A stretch of 64,000 bases of DNA from Marinobacter sp. (GCF_033722735.1 NZ_JAWVYN010000008.1:12125-76124); one strand, 5' to 3'. Counted from the first letter of the stretch, positions 1 through 10,222 are shown. Numbers and translations are program-made. Notes: generated by a model not told the origin, from the sequence alone.

Positions 1-876
1 CCGGCGATCAACGACTTCCTGCATAACCTGGTCAAACAGGACCCCTACCTGGCCAGCACCGGCTTCAGCATCCTGCGGGAAGTGGCGGGCATCGGCTACA
101 CCAACCGCTATTTCGAGCACTCGGTGGACAAGCACAGCCCCTACCGCAAGATGCTGTCGGCGCTGTGGCGGGAGAGCCCGCTGCCCACCCTGGGTGACAA
201 CCAGCAGCTGATGACCATGGCCGCCCTGCTGCATGTGGATAACGAAGGCAACGCCCTGCTGCCGGCGCTGGTAGCCAGGTCCGGTCTCAGTACCAAGTCC
301 TGGCTCGTGCGCTACCTCAGGTGCTACCTGAGCCCGCTGCTGCACTGCTTCTACGCCCACGACCTGGTGTTCATGCCCCACGGCGAGAACCTGATCCTGG
401 TGATGGAGAACGGCGCGCCGGTGCGGGCCATCATGAAGGACATCGCCGAGGAGGCGGCGATCATGAACACCGAGGTGGAGCTGTCAGAGAATGTGCGCCG
501 GCTGCAGGTGGAGGTACCGGAGCATCTCAAGGTGCTGTCGATCTTCACCGACCTGTTCGACTGCATCTTCCGCTTCATGGCCGCCATCCTCGACGACCAG
601 GGGGATTTTCCGGAGACGGAATTCTGGCGCCTGGTGGCGGAGTGTGTGCACGAGTACCAGGGCGCCCACCCGGAGCTGGCGGACAAGTTCCGGCGCCACG
701 ACCTGTTCGCCCCGGAATTCACCCGCTCGTGCCTGAACCGGCTGCAGCTGGCCAACAACCAGCAGATGATCGACCTGGCCGATCCCGCCGGCGCCCTGCA
801 GTTTGTCGGCACCCTCTGCAACCCCATCGCCGCCTTCGCCGACAGCACCGCAGCCGCCCCGGTCAGCGCCGGCTGA
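1..876 (+). CDS. IucA/IucC-family (NRPS-independent) siderophore synthetase, C-terminal part; 5' end lies outside the window
   Basis: Frame 1 is open from base 1 (PAINDFLHNLVKQDPYLAS...) into listed ORF 82..876. Motifs such as YRKMLSALWRESP and MPHGENLILVMENG resemble the C-terminal (FhuF-like) half of IucA/IucC enzymes. A strong hairpin terminator follows. Confidence 0.75.
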   Translation, partial: PAINDFLHNLVKQDPYLASTGFSILREVAGIGYTNRYFEHSVDKHSPYRKMLSALWRESPLPTLGDNQQLMTMAALLHVDNEGNALLPALVARSGLSTKSWLVRYLRCYLSPLLHCFYAHDLVFMPHGENLILVMENGAPVRAIMKDIAEEAAIMNTEVELSENVRRLQVEVPEHLKVLSIFTDLFDCIFRFMAAILDDQGDFPETEFWRLVAECVHEYQGAHPELADKFRRHDLFAPEFTRSCLNRLQLANNQQMIDLADPAGALQFVGTLCNPIAAFADSTAAAPVSAG

Positions 877-919
877 CCGGGGCCCCTGCGCGCGGGTCCG
901 CTACCCCCTGTCGCAAACC

Positions 920-950
920 AAAACGGGGAAGCCACCGGCTTCCCCGTTTT
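920..950. terminator. Bidirectional rho-independent terminator between convergent genes
   Basis: AAAACGGGGAAGCC-acc-GGCTTCCCCGTTTT: a perfect GC-rich stem flanked by an A-run and a T-run. It sits between the stops at 876 (+) and 971 (-). Confidence 0.75.
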
Positions 951-970
951 GGTGCCCCTGCGCTCAGCGA

Positions 971-1717
971 TTACAGGCCCCACTTGGTCTCGATCGCCTC
1001 AAACATCCCGGAACGGTGCACCCGCTCCAGTGCCTGCTGCAACGTCGCCACCATCGCATCCGGCGTCTCCGGATTCAACGCCAGGTACAATTCGGTCTCG
1101 TTGAATGCATAAAGCTCCTGAAGGTCGTCGATGTCTTGCGCGGCCGCCAGGTAATAACCCGTGAGACGGTCCACCAGCCACAGATCGATCTGGCCCAGCG
1201 CGAGGCGTTTCGGGTTGAGGTCATTGCTGTCCAGCTCCGACACCTCGAACCCCCTCTCCTTGAGGAAAACGCTCATCACGTCGTTACGATAGCCCCCGAA
1301 GGTGTGGCCGCGAGCGTCTTCCAGGCTGCGGATCTGTAGATCGCTGTTGGCCGGACCAAACACCGTCCATGCGATGGTGGTCAGTGGCCCCACCCACTTG
1401 AACAGCTCCGCCCGTTCGTCATTGAGCGCGGTACAGAAAATCCCGTGGTTGGGTTTGTTGAGGGCCCGTTGGTAGCCGTATTCCCAGTTTCGCAGCTTGA
1501 TCGAGAAGTCCAGATCGGTATTGGCCAGGATCGCCTCCACCAGCTCGGTGCAAAGGCCATCGATCTGTTCGGCCTTGTGCTCGAAAGCCCGGCCCGTAGC
1601 GCTCATGTTGTAGGGGGGGTAGTTCTCGGTGTACAGGTACAGCTTGTCGCTGGCGTGGCCGACGGCGCTCAGGCCGAGCGCCGACACGGTAAGCAGCATC
1701 ACTGCAATCAAACGCAT
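971..1717 (-). CDS. Periplasmic solute-binding protein, family 3 (amino-acid-type SBP); no adjacent permease or ATPase
   Basis: Internal ATG at 1717 of ORF 971..2308 gives 248 aa, MRLIAVMLLTVSALGLSAVGHA..., with a signal peptide. The upstream part of the long ORF is non-coding-like. Length and pattern are typical of SBP_bac_3. Confidence 0.7.
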   Translation of the reverse strand: MRLIAVMLLTVSALGLSAVGHASDKLYLYTENYPPYNMSATGRAFEHKAEQIDGLCTELVEAILANTDLDFSIKLRNWEYGYQRALNKPNHGIFCTALNDERAELFKWVGPLTTIAWTVFGPANSDLQIRSLEDARGHTFGGYRNDVMSVFLKERGFEVSELDSNDLNPKRLALGQIDLWLVDRLTGYYLAAAQDIDDLQELYAFNETELYLALNPETPDAMVATLQQALERVHRSGMFEAIETKWGL

Positions 1718-1748
1718 GGGGACCTCCGGGTATAGTCTGCTTATTCTT

Positions 1749-1798
1749 GTGTACTGTGTTGTTTGTATTCGGAATACCGGACACACCGGAGTGTACTG
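1749..1798. promoter_or_regulatory. Candidate operator in the divergent SBP/ectD intergenic region
   Basis: 13-bp palindrome GTATTC-G-GAATAC at 1765..1777. It is flanked by direct repeats GTGTACTG at 1749..1756 and 1791..1798. Confidence 0.25.
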
Positions 1799-1989
1799 CA
1801 GACGCGTGCAACACTTTTGTGGACAGCTGTAACAATTTGTAGCGGCTGCGGTTGGCCGGCAATCGGCGGTCGATGAGCCCGATCCGACCGGGTAGGTTGA
1901 AATTCCGACCGCCAGCCCCACTATCCCATCGCCATTCCCATTCAGGAGAGTTGAATACAAACACTTGGTGAGCAAAAGCAGGAGGTTCG

Positions 1990-2928
1990 ATGATGGACAT
2001 TCGTTCTGACGACTTTTACCCCACCCGCCTTGAACGCCCGCAATCCAGCTTCGAGCGGCTGGACCCGGTGATCCACAGCCCACAGGGGATCCACACCCCG
2101 GGGCCTTTGAGCGAAACCGAGCTGGCCCGCTATGACCGGGACGGCTTCCTGGTGATTCCCAACTTTCTTGACGAAGCCACCGTCCGGCGCTTCCGCGACG
2201 ACCTGCGCGGCTACGAGAGCGACGACAGCGTGCTGTCCGCCGAGGGCACCATCTGCGAGCCCGGCAAGCAGGAAATCCGCTCCATTTTTGGCATCCACGA
2301 GCTCTCAACCCGCTTTGACCGGCTCACCCGCGACCCGCGGCTGCTGGACATGGTGCACCAGCTATTGGGCAGCGACGCCTACATTCACCAGTCCCGCATC
2401 AACTACAAGCCCGGCTTCCACGGCAAGGGCTTCGACTGGCATTCGGATTTCGAGACCTGGCACGCCGAGGACGGCATGCCGCGGATGCGCGCGGTCAGTT
2501 TCTCCATCACCCTGACCGACAATACCCCCTTCAACGGGCCGCTGATGCTGGTGCCCGGTTCCCACCGCACCTTCATCCCCTGCGTGGGTCGGACTCCCGA
2601 GGACCATTACCATTCGTCGCTGAAGAAGCAGCAACTGGGGGTGCCCAGCGATCAGCAACTGCAACAGATGATCAACCGTCATGGCATCCAGGCCCCCACC
2701 GGCGGCCCCGGCTCGCTGATCATCTTCGAGTGCAACACGCTCCATGGCTCCAACGCCAACATGTCGCCCTGGGCACGCAGCAACCTGTTTTTTGTCTATA
2801 ACAGTGTGGAGAACCCGTTGGTTCAGCCGTTCTGCGGCAACCGGCCGCGGCCGGAGTTCCTCGGTAACCGGAGCCAGTGTGAGGCACTGGTGCCCATTCA
2901 CGACGACACCTTATCCAAGGTGAGCTAG
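1990..2928 (+). CDS. ectD: Ectoine hydroxylase (non-haem Fe(II)/2-oxoglutarate dioxygenase)
   Basis: 312 aa. Contains GFDWHSDFETWHAEDGMP, matching the EctD signature F-x-WHSDFETWH-x-EDG-M/L-P. GGAGG lies 4-7 nt upstream of the ATGATG start. Confidence 0.9.
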   Translation: MMDIRSDDFYPTRLERPQSSFERLDPVIHSPQGIHTPGPLSETELARYDRDGFLVIPNFLDEATVRRFRDDLRGYESDDSVLSAEGTICEPGKQEIRSIFGIHELSTRFDRLTRDPRLLDMVHQLLGSDAYIHQSRINYKPGFHGKGFDWHSDFETWHAEDGMPRMRAVSFSITLTDNTPFNGPLMLVPGSHRTFIPCVGRTPEDHYHSSLKKQQLGVPSDQQLQQMINRHGIQAPTGGPGSLIIFECNTLHGSNANMSPWARSNLFFVYNSVENPLVQPFCGNRPRPEFLGNRSQCEALVPIHDDTLSKVS

Positions 2929-2937
2929 GGCCATGAC

Positions 2938-3873
2938 ATGATGGACAGCTGGCGCCGGCATCGATGGCGCAACCGGCTACAGACGCTGGTGCTGATAAGC
3001 ACCCTGATGGGGATCACCATGCTGGCGGGCTGGTTGTTGCTGGGGGTGAACGGTGCACTCGTGGCGGTGCTGACCTGCATCCTGGCGCTGCTGGTACAAC
3101 CGACCGCCGCCTCGCGACTGACGCTGTCGCTGTACCGGGCCCGCCCCATCGGCTACGGCGACGATCCGGCACTGATTCAGCTGGTGCGCCAACTGGCCCG
3201 ACGGGCCGGGCTCGAGGCCACGCCGGCGCTCTATTACGTACCCAGCACCGCGGTTAACGCCTTTGCCGTCGGCCATCGCGACAACGCCGCCATTGCGCTG
3301 ACCGACGGCCTGCTGCGCTCGCTGTCCGGGCGGGAGGTGGCGGCGGTGCTGGGCCATGAATTGGCCCACATTGCCCATGACGATCTGCGGGTGATGGGCA
3401 TGGCAGACGTGCTCAGCCGCCTCACCAGCATGGCCGCCCTGCTGGGCCAGATCCTGCTGGTGTTGCTGTTGCCCTGGTGGTTGGCCGGGCTGGTGGATCT
3501 GCCGGTGCTTGGCCTGGCGCTGCTGATCCTGTCGCCCCATCTGGCCCTGCTGGCGCAACTGGCGCTGTCACGGGTGCGGGAATTCGACGCCGACCTGGAC
3601 GCGGTACGGCTGACCGGGGACCCCCGGGGCCTGGCCTCGGCGCTGGTGAAGATCGAGCACACCACCCGCTCCTGGCGGTCCTGGTTGCTGCCAGGCTGGG
3701 GCAATCCCCAGCCGTCCTGGCTGCGCACCCATCCCGCCACGGAGGATCGGGTCCGCAGGCTGCAGGCCCTCAGCCAGGAACAGGCCTACCGGTCCGATCT
3801 GTCCGGTCAGTGGCTTCGGCGTCCGGGACCGCCGCCGCCACGCTGGTTCCCCGGCGGCGGTCACTGGCGGTAA
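2938..3873 (+). CDS. M48-family (HtpX-like) membrane zinc metalloprotease
   Basis: 311 aa with an HELAH zinc motif (LGHELAHIAHDD) and several hydrophobic helices. Starts 9 nt after the ectD stop. Confidence 0.8.
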   Translation: MMDSWRRHRWRNRLQTLVLISTLMGITMLAGWLLLGVNGALVAVLTCILALLVQPTAASRLTLSLYRARPIGYGDDPALIQLVRQLARRAGLEATPALYYVPSTAVNAFAVGHRDNAAIALTDGLLRSLSGREVAAVLGHELAHIAHDDLRVMGMADVLSRLTSMAALLGQILLVLLLPWWLAGLVDLPVLGLALLILSPHLALLAQLALSRVREFDADLDAVRLTGDPRGLASALVKIEHTTRSWRSWLLPGWGNPQPSWLRTHPATEDRVRRLQALSQEQAYRSDLSGQWLRRPGPPPPRWFPGGGHWR

Positions 3874-4065
3874 CGCCGCCCCTCGTCCGCCATCGTCTGG
3901 CTGTCCTCGTAGGCATCGCGAGCCGGTTAACTGGCCGTAGGGCCAAGCTTACACTACTGCCCAGGCCCGTTCGCCTTGAGAGCCCATTGGACGGCCGCGC
4001 ACGCCAGACGGCACAGGACAGGGTGCCGCCTCGCCATCCTTAACACACGGTCATCTCCTTCGTGG

Positions 4066-4094
4066 CTTGAAACTTCGCCAAGTGACCCTATCAG
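4066..4094 (+). promoter_or_regulatory. Candidate sigma-32-type promoter
   Basis: CTTGAAA (4066..4072), a 13-nt spacer, then CCCTATCA (4086..4093). Compare the remembered consensus CTTGAAA-N13/14-CCCCATNT. About 160 nt upstream of the ABC ATPase start. Confidence 0.3.
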
Positions 4095-4253
4095 AAAATT
4101 CGGCGGTTTCTTAATCGCCTGATCGGTATGAACAAGTGATAGAACGATTTGCTGAAGAGCCACCACAAACAAGACAGCGGCGCTTTGGCTGCCTGCCGGC
4201 TGTCGTCAAGATCCGGATTGTTGTGGCTCGTGCTGCAAAAGCGGAGTATTCCA

Positions 4254-5171
4254 ATGATCCAAGTGGAGAACCTGACTCGCCGGTACGGCGATTTCACTGC
4301 GGTGGACAAGGTCTCGTTTTCCGTGGCCCCGGGTGAGGTTGTGGGGCTGCTCGGGCACAACGGGGCCGGCAAGACCACCATCATGAAGATGCTCACCGGC
4401 TACCTCGAGCCCACCGAGGGACGGATAACCGTGGACGGCCTGGACATCGGCCAGGACCCGTCGGCAATCCAGTCAAGGATCGGCTACCTGCCCGAAAACT
4501 GTCCGGTCTGGCCGGAAATGACGGTCATCGACTTCCTCAACTACCAGGCCGCCTTGCACCACATCCCCACGGCTGATCGCCACCGCGCCATTGCCAGGGC
4601 GATCCGGCGCACCGACCTCACGGATAAGGCAACCAGCCCCATCCAGACCCTGTCCCGGGGTTACCGGCAACGGGTGGGGGTGGCCCAGGCCATCCTGCAT
4701 GACCCGAACATCGTGATTCTGGATGAGCCCACCAACGGCCTGGACCCCAGCCAGATTCACCAGATGCGCTCGCTGATCCGGGAACTGGCGACAACCGCCA
4801 CCGTCATTGTCTCCACCCATATCCTGCAGGAGGTTCAGGCCGTCTGCGAGCGGGTGATGATCATGCGCTCCGGGCAACTGGTGGTGGACAAACACCTGGA
4901 CGAACTGCGGGAAACCGATCGCATCCGCCTGGTGACCGGCGCCGATGCCCGCCCCGTGCTCGAATCGATCATTCTGCCGGAGTCGGTGCAAGCCGCCCCC
5001 TCCACCGGCGACCAGCGGTTCGAATACCACTTCCACGCCGAAGAAACCCGGTTGCCCAGGATCACCGACGAGCTGGTTGCAGCCAATATCCCGGTCTATG
5101 CGCTGGCACCGGAACGTCGCGACCTGGAACGGGTGTTCGCCGAAGTGAACGGGGAGGTGGTTCATGACTGA
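4254..5171 (+). CDS. ABC transporter ATP-binding protein (GldA/ABC-2 type)
   Basis: Internal ATG at 4254 (MIQVENLTRRYGDF...) is preceded by GGAG. Walker A GHNGAGKTT, signature LSRGYRQR and Walker B ILDEPTNGLD are present. 305 aa. Confidence 0.9.
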   Translation: MIQVENLTRRYGDFTAVDKVSFSVAPGEVVGLLGHNGAGKTTIMKMLTGYLEPTEGRITVDGLDIGQDPSAIQSRIGYLPENCPVWPEMTVIDFLNYQAALHHIPTADRHRAIARAIRRTDLTDKATSPIQTLSRGYRQRVGVAQAILHDPNIVILDEPTNGLDPSQIHQMRSLIRELATTATVIVSTHILQEVQAVCERVMIMRSGQLVVDKHLDELRETDRIRLVTGADARPVLESIILPESVQAAPSTGDQRFEYHFHAEETRLPRITDELVAANIPVYALAPERRDLERVFAEVNGEVVHD

Positions 5172-8058
5172 TTGGTTGAACGTTGCCCGCAAGGAATTCC
5201 GGGCCTACTTCGCATCACCGGCCGCCTACCTGTTCCTGGGTCTGTTTGCGGCCGCCTGCCTGTTTGTCGTGTTCTGGGGCGAGGCCTTTTTCGCCCGCAA
5301 TGTCGCCGACCTGCAGCCCCTGTTTGACTGGCTGCCGTTGTTGCTGATTTTCCTGATTGCCGCGCTCACCATGCGCAGCTGGTCGGAGGAGCGACGGGCC
5401 GGCACCCTGGAGAACCTGCTCACCGCCCCGGTGTCCCTGTGGCAACTGGTGTTCGGCAAATTCCTGGCGGCATTCGGGCTGCTCTGCGTGGCGCTGCTGC
5501 TGACCCTGCCGCTGCCGATCACCGTTGCACTGCTTGGGCCGCTCGATGCCGGGCCGGTGATCGGGGGCTATGTGGCCACCCTGGTCCTCGGCTCCGCCTA
5601 CATTGCCATCGGCCTGTTCACCAGCAGCCGCACCGACAACCCCATTGTCGCCCTGATGGTCACGGCGGTGATCTGCGGCCTGCTCTACCTGATCGGCTCC
5701 CCCCTGCTCACCAGCCTGGCCGGTTACCAGCTGGGGCATTTCCTGCAGCTGCTCGGTACCGGCAGCCGGTTTGACGCCATCACCCGGGGTGTGCTGGATT
5801 TGCGGGATATTTACTATTACCTGTCGCTGACGGCGGTCTTCCTGGCCGTCAACGTGTATACCCTGGAAAAGCTTCGCTGGACCGGCAATCCGGCCTCCTC
5901 GGCCCACCGACGGTGGAAGGGCATCACCGTCCTGCTGGTGGTCAACCTGCTGGCCGCCAATCTGTGGCTGCATCCGCTGGATGCGGTGCGCCTGGACCTG
6001 ACCGACAATCGCCTGTACACCTTGTCGGAGGTAACGGAACAGCAGTTGGCCCGACTGAACGAACCGCTGCGAATCACCGGCTACTTCTCCGAGAAGACCC
6101 ACCCGCTGCTGGCGCCGCTGGTTCCTCGCCTGCAAAGTCTGCTGGAGGAGTATGCCGTCCGGGGCGGGGCCAATGTCCGCGTGGAGTTTGTCGACCCCAC
6201 CAAAAACCGGGAAGCCGAGGAAAACGCCGCCCGTCGCTTTGGCGTGCAACCGGTCCCCTTCCAGACGGCAAGCCGGTATGAGTCGGCCATCGTCAACTCC
6301 TATTTCGATGTGGTCATCGCCTACGGCGATGACCACGAACGCCTGGGCTTTCGCGACCTGATCGAGGTCAAGGCCAGTCAGGAGAGCGACCTCGCCGTGG
6401 CCCTGAACAACCCGGAGTACGAGATTACCCGAGCCATCGACCGTCTCGCCCGCCACTACCGATCCGGCGGCGATACCTTCGCGATGGTGGAGGAGCCGGT
6501 TACCCTCAAGGCCTGGGTGTCACCGGCGAGCCAACTGCCGGGCGACCTGAAGGCCTTTCGGGGCCACCTGGAGTCGGTCATCGCGACGCTGGAAGCGCGA
6601 GGGGGCAAGCAGTTCTCGGCCACCATCGAGAACCCGGACGCGGCAAACGGCCAATTGGCCGATCGGTTGGTGGAGGAGTACGGCTTCAGTCCCCTGGTGG
6701 CCAGTCTGCTGGATCCACAGCCCTTCTGGTTCCACCTGGTACTGGCAAGTGGCGACAACCGGGTGCAGATTCCACTGCCGGCGACGCTGGACGAAAGCAG
6801 CCTGCAAGCGGCCATGGATGACGGCCTGAAACAGCTGGTGCCCGGCGCACTGAAAACCGTGGCCTTGGCAACCCCACCCGGCACCCGTTTCCGCGGGGGC
6901 GATTACCGGTCGTTGCGTTCCACGCTGGAGGAGAACCTGCGCGTGGTCGAGGCCAATCTGGCGGAGGGCCAGGTGCCCGCCGGGACCGATCTGCTGTTGG
7001 TGATGCGCCCCAGCGACCTTTCCGAGAAGGCCCTGTTTGCCATCGACCAGTTCCTGATGCGTGGCGGTCGGGTGGCGATTGCCGCCTCGCCCTACGCGGT
7101 CACCCTCGGACAGGGGCTCTCGGCCCGCACCCAGAAGACCGGGCTTGCCGACTGGCTGGCCCACCACGGGGTCGGCCTCAGCGAATCGCTGGTGCTGGAT
7201 CCGCGCAATGCCGCCCTGCCCGTGCCCCGAACCCGCAACGTGGGCGGCCTGACCTTCCGTGAGATCCAGATGATGCCCTACCCGTTCTTCGCGGACTTGC
7301 GCGGGGAGCAACTGAACCGGGCACACCCGGTGACCGCGGGCCTGCCGGAGCTGATTGTCAGCTGGCCATCGCCGCTGACGGTGGACCGTGAAGAGACCCG
7401 CGAGCTGGAGGTGACCCGCCTGCTGACCACCTCCGACGGTAGCTGGACCCAGGACCATGGGGACATCCTGCCGGATTTCCAACGCTTCCCCGAAAGTGGG
7501 TTCGCCTCACCGAGCGAGCGGCAGGCGGAGCTGGTAGCCGTCGCCCTGTCCGGCCGGTTCGACTCCTGGTTTGCCGACCAGGACTCGCCCCTGCTGGACG
7601 CACCCCAGGCCGGCGAGGACGCAGACTCCGCTGATGGGGCTGCCCAAGGTGGCGAAGCGCCCGCGACTCGGACCGCCGCCGACACCACGGTGGCAACGTC
7701 GGTGATCCGCAGATCCCCCGAATCGGCCAAGCTGCTGGTGGTCGGCAGCGGTTCGTTCGCCTCCGATACCATGCTGGACCTGGTCTCCCAGAGCCTGGGC
7801 ACGGTTTACAGCGCGCCGCTGACCTTTATCCAGAATGCCGTGGACTGGTCGCTGGAAGACCCCGCCCTGCTGGCCCTGCGCGGGCAGTCCCGCTATGCGC
7901 GCACCCTGGCACCGCTGACCCGACAGCAGCAGCTGGCCTGGGAGTACGCCAATTACGGCCTGACTCTGGCCGGTCTGGCGATGATCGCCCTCTGGCGAAA
8001 GCGGGTCAGGGCCAGTGACCGTCGTCGCTACCAGAAGATCCTTGCGGAGGTATCGTGA
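5164..8058 (+). CDS. Fused ABC-2 permease (GldF-like) plus GldG-like auxiliary domain protein
   Basis: 964 aa. The N-terminal ~240 aa form a multi-TM ABC-2 permease, followed by a large soluble domain and a C-terminal TM helix, as in GldG. The start overlaps the ATPase stop (ATGACTGA). Confidence 0.75.
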   Translation: MTDWLNVARKEFRAYFASPAAYLFLGLFAAACLFVVFWGEAFFARNVADLQPLFDWLPLLLIFLIAALTMRSWSEERRAGTLENLLTAPVSLWQLVFGKFLAAFGLLCVALLLTLPLPITVALLGPLDAGPVIGGYVATLVLGSAYIAIGLFTSSRTDNPIVALMVTAVICGLLYLIGSPLLTSLAGYQLGHFLQLLGTGSRFDAITRGVLDLRDIYYYLSLTAVFLAVNVYTLEKLRWTGNPASSAHRRWKGITVLLVVNLLAANLWLHPLDAVRLDLTDNRLYTLSEVTEQQLARLNEPLRITGYFSEKTHPLLAPLVPRLQSLLEEYAVRGGANVRVEFVDPTKNREAEENAARRFGVQPVPFQTASRYESAIVNSYFDVVIAYGDDHERLGFRDLIEVKASQESDLAVALNNPEYEITRAIDRLARHYRSGGDTFAMVEEPVTLKAWVSPASQLPGDLKAFRGHLESVIATLEARGGKQFSATIENPDAANGQLADRLVEEYGFSPLVASLLDPQPFWFHLVLASGDNRVQIPLPATLDESSLQAAMDDGLKQLVPGALKTVALATPPGTRFRGGDYRSLRSTLEENLRVVEANLAEGQVPAGTDLLLVMRPSDLSEKALFAIDQFLMRGGRVAIAASPYAVTLGQGLSARTQKTGLADWLAHHGVGLSESLVLDPRNAALPVPRTRNVGGLTFREIQMMPYPFFADLRGEQLNRAHPVTAGLPELIVSWPSPLTVDREETRELEVTRLLTTSDGSWTQDHGDILPDFQRFPESGFASPSERQAELVAVALSGRFDSWFADQDSPLLDAPQAGEDADSADGAAQGGEAPATRTAADTTVATSVIRRSPESAKLLVVGSGSFASDTMLDLVSQSLGTVYSAPLTFIQNAVDWSLEDPALLALRGQSRYARTLAPLTRQQQLAWEYANYGLTLAGLAMIALWRKRVRASDRRRYQKILAEVS

Positions 8059-8684
8059 TGAAAAAGCTGATGAAACAGCCCATCAAGCTGCTGTCTGCTG
8101 TCCTGATGGTTCAGTTGGCGCTAACCGGTATTGTCTGGAGCTCGGCCGCCGATACCGACGGGGGTACAACCGGCCCGCTGGTGGCGGAGCTGGAGGGGGT
8201 GACCGCCATCACCCTGGCGGATCCGGAGGAAGGGACACTGACCCTGACAGGGACCGGCGAAGACTGGCTGCTCTCTGGCGACGACGTTGAGGCAACCCGG
8301 GCCGACAACGCCAAGGTCACACAGCTCATCGATCGCATCTCGACACTCAGCCCGGACTTTCCGGTTGCCCGCTCCGACCAAGCGCAAGAGCGGTTCAAGG
8401 TGGCCGAAGACGCCTTTCGTCGCCGGCTGACCCTGGATAAGGCCAATGGCGATGTGGTCACGCTGCTGGTGGGTACCTCGCCGGCCATGGGCGAAAGTCA
8501 CGTCCGGCTGGTGGGAGAAGCGGCCATCTACCGGGTGGCGTTGCCGGTGTATGACTTGCCGGTGGATGAGAATCACTGGAAAGCTCCGGCAAAGGACCTG
8601 GACGAGGAAAACGGCGCGGAGGCTGAGTCCGGGTCCGATTACGCTGACCCGTCAAGGGACGACACTCCGCCCACCGGCGAGTAG
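8055..8684 (+). CDS. Membrane-anchored accessory protein of the ABC module (DUF4340-like), acidic C-terminus
   Basis: 209 aa with an N-terminal TM/signal anchor. The GTGATG start overlaps the preceding stop. Position matches the protein that usually follows GldG-type genes. The domain assignment is tentative. Confidence 0.55.
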   Translation: MMKKLMKQPIKLLSAVLMVQLALTGIVWSSAADTDGGTTGPLVAELEGVTAITLADPEEGTLTLTGTGEDWLLSGDDVEATRADNAKVTQLIDRISTLSPDFPVARSDQAQERFKVAEDAFRRRLTLDKANGDVVTLLVGTSPAMGESHVRLVGEAAIYRVALPVYDLPVDENHWKAPAKDLDEENGAEAESGSDYADPSRDDTPPTGE

Positions 8685-8703
8685 CAGAACCAGCAACTCC
8701 CAT

Positions 8704-8727
8704 GGCCCGGACTGGACGGTCCGGGCC
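8704..8727. terminator. Hairpin between convergent genes (no U-tract)
   Basis: GGCCCGGAC-tggacg-GTCCGGGCC: 9-bp perfect stem, between the stops at 8684 (+) and 8858 (-). Confidence 0.35.
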
Positions 8728-8857
8728 TGCCACCTTCCAGCCTTCGAACCTGCCGGCATGCCATACCCTGCTGGGATAGCAGGTCCTCCGGCGACGCCAG
8801 CGATCGTTTACCTTGTCCACGGCCAGCGCCTGCGCACCAGGGCGTTACCGTACGACG

Positions 8858-10222
8858 TCACTTGCCGATGCAGAAGCTCGAGAAGATCTTGCCCAGCAGG
8901 TCGTCCGGCGTCATGGTGCCGGTGATCTCGCCCAGCGCATCCTGGGCCGCGCGCAGGTCCTCGGCCAGCAGTTCGCCGGCGCCGTAACCCGACAGTTGGC
9001 TTTCGCCCTGCACCAGTGAAGCCCGGGCCCGCTCCAGCGCGTCCAGGTGACGGCGGCGGGCGAGGAAACCGCCTTCGGTGGTGCTGGCGAAGCCCATGCA
9101 CTGTTTGAGGTGATCCCGCAGGAGCTCCAGCCCGTCGGCCGACTTGGCCGCCAGCCGGATCACCGGGGCGGCCGGGTTGTCCACCAGGCCCACGGTCTCG
9201 CCGGACAGGTCGACCTTGTTGCGGATCACCGTCACCGGGGCAGAGGCGGGCAGGTGATCGATGAAATCCGGCCAGATGGCGTGGGGTTGGGTTTCGCCGG
9301 TGGTGGTGGCATCCACCATCAACAGGATGCGGTCGGCCTGGCGTATCTCCTCCCAGGCGCGGGCGATGCCGATCTGCTCCACCTCGTCGGGGCTGTCCCG
9401 CAGCCCGGCGGTGTCGATGATGTGCAGCGGCATGCCGTCGATGTGGATGTGCTCCCGCAGGACGTCCCGGGTGGTGCCCTCAATGGCGGTGACGATGGCC
9501 GCCTCGCGCCCGGCCAGGGCATTGAGCAGGCTGGACTTGCCCGCATTGGGCCGGCCGGCGATCACCACCTTCATGCCGTCCCGCAGGATGGTGCCCTGCT
9601 GGGCCTCCGCCAGGATGGTGTCCAGGTCCGCCATGATCCCGTTGAGATCGTCCGCCACCTTGCCATCGGCGAGGAAATCGATCTCCTCCTCGGGAAAGTC
9701 GATGGCGGCCTCGACGTAGATCCGCAGCTGGGTCAGCGCTTCCACCAGCACATCGATACGGCGGGAGAACTCCCCCTGCAGGGAACGCACCGCGCAGCGG
9801 GCGGCCTGCTCGGAGCTGCTCTCGATCAGGTCGGCGATGGCCTCGGCCTGGGTCAAGTCGAGCTTGTCGTTGAGGAAGGCGCGCTCGGAAAACTCCCCCG
9901 GCCGGGCCAGCCGTGCGCCCCGACCACACACTTCCCGCAGCAGCAGGTCGAGGATCACGGTCCCGCCGTGGCCCTGCAATTCGAAGACGTCTTCGCCGGT
10001 GAAGGAATGGGGATTGGGGAAAAACAGCCCGATGCCTTCGTCGATCACCGTGCCGTCGGCCTGCAGGAAGGGGCCGTAATGGGCATAGCGTGGCCTGGGT
10101 TCGTAGCCCAGCAACTGGCGGGCAATGCGACGGGCATCCGGGCCGGACACCCGTACGATGCCCACCCCGGCCTGGCCGGGGGCGGTGGCAATGGCGGCAA
10201 TGGTGTCGGTGTGGTGGTTCAT
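8858..10222 (-). CDS. mnmE: tRNA uridine-5-carboxymethylaminomethyl modification GTPase MnmE (TrmE)
   Basis: N-terminal [23 protein letters not shown]-domain [12 protein letters not shown] and C-terminal FCIGK. The second ATG (10222) has GAGG 7 nt upstream. The first ATG (10228) abuts the SD. Confidence 0.9.
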   Translation of the reverse strand: MNHHTDTIAAIATAPGQAGVGIVRVSGPDARRIARQLLGYEPRPRYAHYGPFLQADGTVIDEGIGLFFPNPHSFTGEDVFELQGHGGTVILDLLLREVCGRGARLARPGEFSERAFLNDKLDLTQAEAIADLIESSSEQAARCAVRSLQGEFSRRIDVLVEALTQLRIYVEAAIDFPEEEIDFLADGKVADDLNGIMADLDTILAEAQQGTILRDGMKVVIAGRPNAGKSSLLNALAGREAAIVTAIEGTTRDVLREHIHIDGMPLHIIDTAGLRDSPDEVEQIGIARAWEEIRQADRILLMVDATTTGETQPHAIWPDFIDHLPASAPVTVIRNKVDLSGETVGLVDNPAAPVIRLAAKSADGLELLRDHLKQCMGFASTTEGGFLARRRHLDALERARASLVQGESQLSGYGAGELLAEDLRAAQDALGEITGTMTPDDLLGKIFSSFCIGK

